Source: Tubiluchus corallicola
Lineage: Eukaryota > Animalia > Priapulida
Direction of reading: 5' to 3'
NCBI GenBank assembly: GCA_030141605.1
Contig: JAQGDQ010000015.1
Location: 1,240,001 to 1,304,000 of the forward strand
Length of the DNA stretch: 64,000 bases
Position 1 is the stretch's first letter. Each line of letters starts with the position of its first letter. The notes beneath the pieces were generated by a model, which saw nothing but the letters and a program-made list of their open reading frames with translations, was not told the DNA's origin and did no database searches. Both the position numbers and the translations under genes were made by a program. Positions 25,701-36,300 of the stretch are shown here, piece by piece.

Positions 25701-27908
25701 AGCAACAATGTGAATTCAATAAAATGCCAAGCTACAATTTTCAAGAAAAAGGCTAGCGTTTTTACAAGGCCCAAATCTGTAACTATTGTCTGCGAAATCT
25801 TCAGTTTCTGACCAGGTCAAAAACATTGTCAACTAGTTAATATTTTGCTATAGCAAAATCTTGCTGTTTTTCATCCGGTTATTTATATTATTTATTAATT
25901 ATTCTCCGCCACTTTAACGCTTAATAACTCGTAAGCTTTGCAAGCTAAGGTCACCAAACACACAGGGTTGGTAGTCGTGGGTGGGGACGTACAGCAGTAT
26001 AGCAACTGCTGACCGCTGGTCAAGAGGGAAAGACAGTGGGCGTTGGTCTATTGGCTAGTGGGCATAGCCCTATTCATATGCACTAGATACATTTCTGTTC
26101 CTGACCCCCACTTTTCGGTTTTTCACCTCTACTGTGGTCAGAGATCAACCAGCCTCGGCATAACTTATACCATTCGGTTTGTTTCATCGACAATATGCTA
26201 CAAGCTAGTTTCGGTCGACACTGGAAGACATTTGTGTCCTTGACCCCTATTTTGCCCCATAGCCAGGTCGCAGACTAACTATTCTAATTGTAACCTATGC
26301 CATTCGATCCGCCTCATTGGAACCTTTCATTTGTTGTGCTACAAGGTACCATTGCTCAACACTCGGTGCACTTCAGTTCTCGACCCCCATTTTTCGGTTT
26401 TTGCCCCATAGCGGAAAATTTTCCTACACGCGCGCGTCCCATATTTTGTGATGTGCAAGACCCCATCTAGCAACACACCAAATATTGTGGCCTTAGCTCA
26501 AAATTATGGGAGCAAATGGATCCTAAAGAAAAATAAATGAAAATCCGACCGCTCCGTGACCTTTGACCCGACATCTCGGGTAACATGTATACATAGATAA
26601 CTTTGCCAAGAGAGTGTACCCTGTTAGTTTTGTGTCCCTAGCCCTCACCATGCCAATTGGGTGACCTCCTCACTTCGGCGTTTAAAGTTTGTCAGCTTTT
26701 TAAAACCCCAGGTGCACATCTACCCCACAGTGCCCATATACTTGTGATAAAAATGGAAAAACCCGAAAACCCTAGGAGGAGATGCATTCTAAAGGAAAAA
26801 CTGACCAACGCTTACTGCCCTTCCCCCTTGACCAGTGGTCATAGGTCACCACACTTTTGTACGTTCCCACCCAGGGCTACCAATCCTATGAGTTTGGTGA
26901 CCCTAGCTTGCAAGGCTTACAAGTTTTTAAGCGTTAAAGTGGCCGAGAATAAATAAGAATAAAAATAAATAACTCAATGGAAATCAGTAAGATTTTGCTA
27001 TAGCAAAACCTTAATAAATAAATAATAACTATATGAAAAACAGTAAGACTTTCCTATGGCAAGATCTTAATAGCTGTATGGAAAAGAGTAAGATTTTGCT
27101 ATGGCAAAATCTTAATAATAATAATAATAGCTCAATGAAACACAGTAAGATTTTGCTATGGCAAAAAACTTAATAATAATAATAATAACTCAATGAAAAA
27201 CAGTAAGATTTTGCTATAGTAAAACCTTAATAATAACTCGATGAAACGCAGTAAGATTTTGTTATGGCAAAACCTTAATAATAACTCGATGAAACACAGT
27301 AAGATTTTGTTATGGCAAAACCTTAATAATAACTCGATGAAACACAGTAAGATTTTGTTATGGCAAATCCTTAATAATAATAACTCAATGAAAAACAGTA
27401 AAATTTTGCTTTGGCAAAATCTTAACAATAACTCAATGCAAAACAGTAAGATTTTACTATAGCAAAATCTTAATTAGCTGTAGAAGATACTTTCTTCTCG
27501 TTGGAATCGCTTCAGCTTTAATTTAAAATCTTTACCAGGTATATGACTGATATGTCCAAAACCGAGTCTCGGCAATAGATTATCAAAGATAAAACTGCGA
27601 CCTCGCCCAGAGAAGACGTCGCCATGTTTTAGGAAAGCTTCGCGTGCTAATGCAGCGTCATTGATGATAACGTTCAATTTGTTGCCAATATAAATGCTGA
27701 ACATTTTTCCATATTTCTTGGACAACTTTGCGTAGAATACACCCGGGTGCTTGCCCATAGATAAAACGGATCCTACATAGGGCCAACCTAACGGTCCAGG
27801 TGGAATGTTCGCCGGTCTTTTCATGTGCTGCCACACTAAAGCACCCAAGATCATGCAAACGCCTCCGAGCAAAACTTTTAATAGCCAACAAGCAACACTC
27901 GTCACCAT
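20520..27908 (-). CDS. Cytochrome P450, CYP2 clan (CYP2J/2U-like), 6 exons
   Basis: Phase-consistent exons 27908-27536 (TM anchor, PPGPLGWPYVG), 23680-23326 (WKEQRKF), 23012-22843 (IRDFIDAYI), 22070-21846 (DLFFAGTETTATT I-helix, EIQR), 21426-21211 (FRPERHL) and 20698-20520. The spliced heme motif is PFSVGRRVCLGE. Confidence 0.95.
22679..22741. repeat. (GA)n microsatellite in a CYP intron
   Basis: Direct reading. Confidence 0.97.
24723..25839. mobile_element. Non-autonomous TIR element in CYP intron 1
   Basis: Left AACTAGTTGACAATGTTTCTGACGTGGTCAGAAACTGAAGATTTTGCA is inverted to right TGCGAAATCTTCAGTTTCTGACCAGGTCAAAAACATTGTCAACTAGTT. There is an internal repeat of the left subterminal block at ~25045. 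Confidence 0.8.
25843..27012. mobile_element. Foldback/MITE-like element with ~200-bp imperfect inverted repeats ending in the palindrome ATTTTGCTATAGCAAAA
   Basis: 25843-26048 (…gccactttaacgctta…gcaagctaaggtcaccaaac…gcgttggtc) is inverted to 26803-27010 (gaccaacgc…gtttggtgaccctagcttgc…taagcgttaaagtggc…). Confidence 0.8.
26965..27473. repeat. Minisatellite, ~10 units of ~45-58 bp (modal 48), each with a palindromic core
   Basis: Unit AATAATAACTCGATGAAACACAGTAAGATTTTGYTATGGCAAAACCTT; length varies mainly with AAT number. Confidence 0.93.
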
Positions 27909-29365
27909 TTTAACAGATGTCTCCGACAGCTTTTCCCAAGATGTAAGTTACTAAACCACTAATAATCCACTGTCTCCGCTCACAAAACTGAAAGCTATGT
28001 CACGCATAGCGATAGTTTAATTTACACGCATCTGTGTATCAGTCCCCAGAACATAGTTTCGCAAATTCACCAGAAAAAACAGTTAGTTACATACGCATTA
28101 TCGCAATGGCTTTGCACATGCCTTCAGTTCTTCAGAATACTATTTTGATTAGTTCCCGCTGCTCACGCGCCGAGGCGCTCTACAAGTTTATTGTACTTCA
28201 GCCTGGTTTACTCACAGCTTACTTAAATAACCCAAGGCAAAAGTTTTTATTCAACACTCTTTTTGCACAGTAACTATCATTAGCTGACGACTTTGATTGA
28301 GTAATTTCTAGTAAGCTGTAAGTACATGTAGCTAATAATGAATTCCCAACAACTCAATAGTAGCTTGAAACTGAGCATCCGGTTTGCATTTCGGTAGCCT
28401 TGGACTTGCTCTGCTCTGGATACTTGATATATACAGCACAAACTGTCAAATAACCAGAATTAGCAATTCTACATATTACTGGACTGATTAAATGCAACAT
28501 TGGTTTAACTGACAGTTGCATATTTACATAATTGTTTCTACATAAGATAATCATACGGCCTATATATTGCATACACTAGCCTTAGTTCGCCTAGTTAAAT
28601 TAAAATTCGAAAATTTTCAAATTTATATATTCAGTTGTCATAAGTCTCTGTACAAAATGCTTGTTTGCCAAGAAGACTGCCTTAACAGATTATGAACATA
28701 GATGATCTTCTTTGAAATTTGATATATGAAGAGAGATCTTCCTTGAAATTAGGTATGCGAAGAGAGCGTTCATCACTGATCAGGAATTGCTGGCATGAAT
28801 GAACGCTTAAAAATTATCGCATAAAATATATTAAAATGGTTGACGTTTAGAGCTCAGCGCATTGTGCATAAGGACTGCTGAAGAACACAAAAATTAAATC
28901 TTCGGTTATCAGTTTGCAAGTAAATGTGTTCTTTTCACTTAGTTCGCTGTAGACATCGACAAGTTACGTAAGCTACGCCAGTACTGTTAATGTAGTCTGC
29001 GTGACATTTTTATTTCAAATAAAAACCTTTGTAAGATTGATCAAAATTTTACTAATTAGTAAATTTAGCACCAGTTCATTAATAAAAGCGTAACTTCTGG
29101 CAGATGTTAAAGAAAAGCCACGAGGAAACTCATATCCGGGCGGGGAATTCCGTTGATGAATTTGGGGTAATTACTAGAAATCCCCGAAACTGGATTGCCT
29201 CAAGCAACTAAGCTGTCACGACAAGTTCTTTTATTGAAGGTCTGAGGTATGTATTGTGGCGTACACTTTGTTGCAAGTTTCCTTAGGCGGCTGTTGATCT
29301 GTATTTTCTTATTTATTAGCTTTCGTGAACACATTACCGTGTAGTTTAAACTGTATGTTTAAAAT

Positions 29366-32300
29366 ATGTTCGAGCGTGTGTCTTTGTGTTGTTTTTTAAC
29401 TACAGTTTTATCCGCATTTATAAAATTGGCGTGCTGGTATGATTGATTGCATTACTTATGGTGATATGATTGTTTTACTAAACTGAAAGTTTAATGCAGT
29501 ACCTTTTAAGCTGTAGGATATACAGCATCACGTAATTTAGTGACAGACAGTCCGAGATTGTTAATTTAGCTGGCTGGACGATGCGAAGGATTACTGCAAT
29601 ATAACAGATTCTAATCATTCTATACCGCTTCAAAATTAATCCATAGACTAATTTTACATTTTACACTAAGTAACAATGAGATAAATAAGAATTGTAAAGA
29701 AAGGAATCAAGTAGTAAGCATGTTATTGATGATTAGTGAAGTAGCTGCAATTAAAACGAATTATATAATGACTGTATATACAGTATAATTCGAACTGCTG
29801 TGCAGTCTTCACAGAATATGCAAACTGTAAGATGTGTCTTAATTTTTCATATCGTATCAACTTTGGTAAAAAAATAAGAAACGATCAGGACTGACACCGA
29901 CTTTCATATGATGTAGCTTACTTTGCAATACTAAAAAGGTAGTTTTGCTTTTTCAGTCAAAAGATTAATCACCACGTGTTAAATCCATCGATAGCAGTTG
30001 TCGGAGGAAATCCGGTTCCGTCAGGACCTACTCTTGTAATCGGAGGTAGTCCAGTGGTCGCTCAGCCAATTAGGTCTGGAAACGGAGGTGTTTTCCCAAA
30101 TGTAGTAGGAGGTATTCTTCCGTTTAGTTGTTACGATAAATAACTGAGACATAAATAAACAAGAATATCGTTCTGAAAAAGCTGAAATTGTTAATTTGAA
30201 TAAAACTTTTAAGATTTGTTTCATTCAAAAGTCACGCATGTTTTCTGGCTAATGTAAAAACCTAAATTAATAATCTTTGCACTAAGACAAGAACGTCCGT
30301 AGAGCATTTCACTTCACAACAGCCATATATACTAATTTAATTTTGCGTAATCTTTCCGGCCAATTTCGGCGAGGAACTTTAATTGATTTATTAATTTTTT
30401 AATTGTCGTAATTAAAATAAACATAGAGTACACTAGCTTGTAAAAAAGAGTACATGTATAGTAATTTTATAAACATTATTTGTTAGCAGGTAATTTTCGA
30501 AATCAAAGAAAGAAATTTGTTGTAAAAGTAGTCAGAGGTGCGTGAAATTTAAAATTTCTAAATCTGATTTTGGGTTGCATTATGTTAAATCCATAGAAGA
30601 TCCAAAAATATTAATTTTATGCAAGCAAGGTTATCTAATAATTGTGATAACAGATAGGACCGTTGAACAATAATACATCTTCAACATGACGATCATTGTT
30701 TATAAACGTCACCGTTATTTACAAGTATAGCAAAAACATGACCAGGATAAGGATCAGCAAAGCCGACAAACAAATAAATAAACAAACATGCAGCAGGTTT
30801 TGTATCTTTTGCATGCATATCAAGATAAAAGTAATGTACCAGTAGACTAAAATTCAGAGTTAGATTGCATTTTCTTTTTAATTTGTTGATTAGATTACGA
30901 AAAGCCAGTAAGTCTATATACGATGTAATTGGTAACATTTACCGCATTTCTACTATTAATGGTTACAACAATACGAAGAACTCTGCTGATCATAACAGTT
31001 TCTACATTCAGCTTTCTACATTCAGAAAACGGAGTCATTTTTCATCAACATCTACATCTGCAGTGTATTATAACAGTCATTTTTATTTTAGGGAGTCCCA
31101 TCACAGCACAGCAAAGATATCCCTGGCAAGTTCTCATAAAAGTCACCGGAGATTTTACATGTGGAGGCTCACTTGTGCATCCATGTTTTGTACTCACAGC
31201 AAAACACTGTTTAATAGGACTTACTGCTAAAGACGTTAGTGTTGTACTAGGTGAGCACCCTTATTTTTCTTGCAAATTAATAATTTCTTGCATTAATTTG
31301 TTAAGGATTAATGTGTTAAGGATGTGTACACTATACGCATAATTACACATAAAGATGCTTTATATGCTGTGTAGGAAAAGAATGTGTTTGGACGGCGGTC
31401 GCTGGTCCGTGGCACGTATGATGCATGCAGATGCCATCTGGATCATCTAGAATATTCTGTATGCTGTTGCAGACGGGATACCTGAACTATCGCACAAGAT
31501 GTCTATATTTTTGACAGAACCAGATGCATGTAAAAGGGTCTTTAAGGGGATTTAGTAAATCCAACACGTCAGAGCGGTTTTAAAAGAAAGCAGGACCTAA
31601 TTTCATGCCATTAGCGTAAAATAGCTAACCTAGGGTTTGAAATGTTGGAAATACAGTTTTTATGAGTGATTTTGTTTAATTATTCAAAAATTTTCCCCAC
31701 TGAAGTCGAGTTTCAATTTTGTCAGTTTTTCCAATAAAGCGACTCGTAGTCATATAACATTTTCAAGAAATGATGTCCAAAAAGCAAAATAGATATGTTA
31801 TCAAATCAGAAGTCAAAGTATCACTAAAATTTTTTTAACAACTTCCTTCATTATGTTTAAGTAGCTTTATTGTTAAATTGCAATAAACAGTTTTAAAGGT
31901 AAACCAGCCTTTTATCAAAGTTTTTATCAAAGAAACGTGATTACATATTTTTTCTGAAAAACAACGTTAAAAAGTTAAAAAATTTTACAGGTGAACATAC
32001 ACGTTCCATCCCAGACCCAACGGAGCAACATATAGCAGTTAAAGAGTTTAAAAAACATCCTGATAGGGATGTTGCGATCTTGCAGTTAACCTCCAGTGCC
32101 ACCCTCACAAACAATGTTCAGGTAATTCCCATGGCGCAGTCTGCTCCAGCCGTTCCTAGCCTAGCTACTGTTACTGGATGGGGACAGACTGAGTCAAACA
32201 AGATTTTTGGAGGAGCTCAAGCTGATGTTCTTCAATATCTGGAGATTTCAGTAGTGGATAATAGCAAGTGTGAAGGTGAAGGCATACCTGTGCAATCACA

Positions 32301-32604
32301 CCAGATATGTGCAGGCAAGTCAAATGGCCCTTACTCGAATGCTTGTTACGGTGACTCAGGCGGACCATTTGCTCAAGTGCAAAATGGAAAGTGGACGCTG
32401 ATTGGTGTAGTGCAAGGCGGAAAGGCTGGCTGCCCTAGCAACAGTAACTACGCTGTATACGAGAACGTGGCTAGTTCTTATTCGTGGATTTACTCACATT
32501 TGCCTAAAGTAAAGATAGCACAATCATCAACAAAGATTTTTTCGCTTATATCAGCTTTAGCTGCAAGACAAGATGGCCCTCTTTCTCAAACATGCCCTGC
32601 TTAA
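29366..32604 (+). CDS. Secreted S1A (chymotrypsin-fold) serine protease, paralog 1, 4 exons
   Basis: Exons 29366-29436 (signal MFERVSLCCFLTTVLSAFIKLAC, least certain), 29957-30111 (propeptide to VVG), 31092-31250 (YPWQV, CGGSL, LTAKHC) and 31991-32604 (RDVAIL, TGWG, GDSGGP). Intron phases 2,1,1 are consistent. Confidence 0.92.
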
Positions 32605-33099
32605 CTACGGCAAGACTTTAGGGGAATTTTTGCCATGTGAATGTTGATGGGATTTTTTTTAGAAAGTAATATTTTCAGAAAGAAAGCTAAACTTAAACAC
32701 TGCAATTTTAAGCAAATTCATTGCAGGAAACTGTGTCACAATGCGGTTACATTAGTGAACTGTATTTTTGCTTTAGAACGTATTGCATATTTCATGCATG
32801 TGTAAAATACCATGACATAGCATAGCATAGTTTTTTATTTAATTTAAATTTTAGTCACCTATAATTGATATTAAGAAATATGATTATTTAAAATAAAAGT
32901 TTACTTTAAAAATATTGTCAATGAATAAAAATATTCAGCATTCATGCAGACATAGAGCATGCAAGTATTGGAGAACAGGGGAATTGTTATCGAAAAGTAC
33001 TACTTTACCAAAGCCTTTGCAATGAACTTTCACATAATTTTGTAAAAATGAACTCTTATTATAAGAATTTTTTGGTCACCAAATTCCACCCAATAGAAT

Positions 33100-33300
33100 G
33101 CAGATTTAAGATTGCTTTTGGAAGAAGGTATTATCAGCGGAAAGCGCAAGAGAGGAGGTAGCAAAGGAAATGGTCAGCGGATGTGACGTCACAGGAACAT
33201 CGTGTTCTGAATGTATGAGGCTGCCAGAGAGGAAATGCGATGGGAGAATCAAGACAGTCCGCCTCCTATAGGGATGGCACTGATGATGATGATGATGGTT
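33100..33300 (+). mobile_element. 3' end of an RTE-like LINE with (TGA)n tail
   Basis: LLLEEGIISGKRKRGG...AAREEMRW resembles the RTE C-terminal GKRxRGRP...W segment and is followed by tgatgatgatg. Confidence 0.55.
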
Positions 33301-36300
33301 TTGACAATGACGATGGCGTCGATAACGATAATTTTGATGTTGATAATAATGGTGACGATTATAGTAATGACATTCTCTTGTCTTTATAGTGACATGCATA
33401 AGAGAATATGAAAATTGTAAAAACTAACAATGTGAGTGGTTACCACAAATGTTTGTTAAGCTCAATCACCAGCTGTGGTTTAATAAACGAGCTTAGGTCT
33501 TATTCGCCTTCAAGCATACCGTCGACAATTACAACTGATAATAGATAGTAACAATTGCTAATAGCATTGCTTTACTGAGCATAATAAGAGAATCATAAAC
33601 ATTACGCATATAAGTTTAAACCACATATATTCTATAATTAAAAAGACAAAAAATTATATTTATATTCCACAATATAAAAACTAATAAAACGCTTACTTTG
33701 TATTATAGAAAGTAAAATATGAAGTGTTGTAAAAGCGCAAATGACACACACACACACACACACATATATATATGTGTGTTGGCGCTGAGTATTTTCACAC
33801 TCGGTGGGTACAGTTTTACAGGATTGGAATCGCGTAAGAGCGCAATGGCTTTAATTGTGCCAATACTCCCCTCTGTCACTTTGGTTACATCCTACTTGTG
33901 ACATAGGCAGCACTACTTAACCGTTAGCCTCCTTCCCTGTTGCAAGCCAGCTGTAACATTATCATCTTTAGCTGATGAGTCTGTTGCTATGAAACTTCTT
34001 TACTGTTTTCAATAAAATAGTTTATTTTGTCTAAAACTGTGCAGTTTTGATGTTTCCTGCCAGTGACTTTGCAATCGGCATCTGGTGCTTATTTTTGTTG
34101 AAGTTGTTGTTGCTTACGTCAAATCTGCAGGAAAGTGCTCTTTCACTGGTTTTCTAAAATCAGGAGTGTTAAAAAATAAAGCAAGACTAATGTTATGATG
34201 AAAACTCTCATTTATTTAAGCAAATTTGGTGTTTAGCTACATTGTACAAGTTCGTAAAGATTTTGTCTTCACAGAAATTATCTATCACGAATTTGCGTAC
34301 TGGTATGCTTTGCCTATTTATTCACGTGTAAGGTCACTTAGGGCAATGAGCCCCAAAGTGTGATCATGGTTTATAAGAAAATGTCAAGATTGAAAAATAA
34401 TTACCGATTCGTTTATTTACATAAATATAAAATAGTTTATTTAAAACGTGCACTTACAAGTGTAAGCTATACTTCAATTTAGTGAATTATTTACATGAAG
34501 CAATAGCACAACAACATGTATTTACAATGAAAGGGAAGGTTTAGCATAGCCTAATGCTATTATTTGCAACGAAGCACACAAAGTTAAAAAAGAAGAAACG
34601 CAAACACACGTACAGTGTTATCTGATATAAAATCATCATGGCTGTAGTAATCATCATTTTTTGTAGGTAATGTCCCAACACATACTACCATATTGGTAAA
34701 GACAAATCACTACTTACTACATATTAAGGCTACCTACTAAAAGGTAGGGATTAACACACACAAAAGAATTCAGACGTACTTTCAGCATCAGATAGATCCA
34801 CTTAACTAATACTGAACAACGAGTCTGAGCCGGAGCGCTACTTGTTAGAATTAAAAAAATCTTAGATAAAGAGATTCTGGTGACTACGTAATTAAGTTTG
34901 ACTTTGATTTCGATTTGCTTCAGTTAACAAACGTGAACTTTTTTGTGAATAAGTCTTTTTTGTACTCGTAATTCAGCAGAGACGTTTTTATTACGATGTC
35001 TCCTGTAAATACATGAGTTATCACATGCACATACTAGTACCACACGTGCGTAGGTTAGTAGTTTGTTAATGCCCTAGATGCTTAAAAAAGACAAAATTAT
35101 TTTTATTAAAATGAAGGTTAATTCGGGAGCTGTTAAAAATATATGCTGTACGTACAGGAAGCATTTAAATAAAAACAGTTATTAAACGCAGTATGCAAAA
35201 CTGTTTAATGATCCATTTCACAAATTAAAGTGCGAGTTACATGTCTCGTTCACAACATTTAATAACACAAAATTTTCGACAGTTTTACCCTCTCATCTTT
35301 AGGTACGTGTAATGGCATTTTTATGACTCCGTCTCTAATGAAATTGTTTATTTAAAAATATTCTATTGCCGGAAGATTCGAAGTTATAGAGAGAACTAAA
35401 TTACTTGAGCTGTAAAATTAATGTCTGAGTAATTTTAATCGTGTAATCTAATTCAAAGCTATCAAAAGGTAAACGTTCCATGATTAAGTCTCAAGCACAG
35501 ATTTCTGTGAAACTCTGTGTGGGAGAACGAAGAGAGAATGAGAAAGTGAGTGAGAGTGAGTGAGTGAGCAAGTGTAAGAGCGGGAAAGGCAAGAGTAAGA
35601 ACAAAAGTGACGAGAGAAAACATAGAGAACAGGAAGAGAGCACTCGTGGAAAAAAAGAGATACAGAAAGAAGAACTTTACCAAACATTCACCATTACGGA
35701 TTACGCTAGAGCATGTAGATGCTGACTTTTAATCATCACCCTGCTAGAAATGATTCTAAGCCCAGAACCCTTGTCTGGTACCTTACAATTTCAACAGGGC
35801 GGAATCTACGTTGTAACAAGTTTGACAACCCTGCCTTCAGTGATCTCCTCCTTTCTTGGCCTGTGATCTAACTCTTCAAAAAGCAAACTGCAATGACATG
35901 CTTCATGTTGTTTGCAAGTCTCAATCGTAAATTGAAGCCCCTGCAGGAAACTTGACTAAACATTTCTTTAGATCTTACAGAGCTCTGTTGTAGTTCCCCT
36001 TGTTAATGGTCAAGACAACACGTTTGGAAGATTTAAGAAACTAGGTATTGTGTCACACGCATCGTAAAAAAATCGTCACAAAACTTAGTCTCAAGGATTT
36101 GTGTTTTGTCTTATATACATTTTGACTTGCATTCTACAAGTACATGTAAGTAATTATTTATAATCTGAGTTTCAAGGTTATCAATAATTAACGTGTGATT
36201 TCAGAATTATTGGATACCAAGAGTGACCGAAAGGAAGATAATTCTGAATAAGTTGGGACAGAGCTCGGAATTGACTCACAGACTCTCTATATATTAATTT

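Noticed and set aside
26965-27473. Palindromic repeats resembling a CRISPR array, and repetitive ORFs 27156-27428 and 27241-27462
   Set aside because: There are no unique spacers, the context is a eukaryotic intron and no cas genes are present; the ORFs are by-products of a minisatellite with unit lengths in multiples of 3.
29768-29830. Alternative signal-peptide exon for protease 1
   Set aside because: It has an in-frame stop and an incompatible phase; 29366-29436 fits phase 2 and gives a hydrophobic signal.
31251-31260. Intron start reading GEH like the next exon (intron gain by duplication)
   Set aside because: GTGAG is simply the donor consensus, and paralog 2 does not show it.
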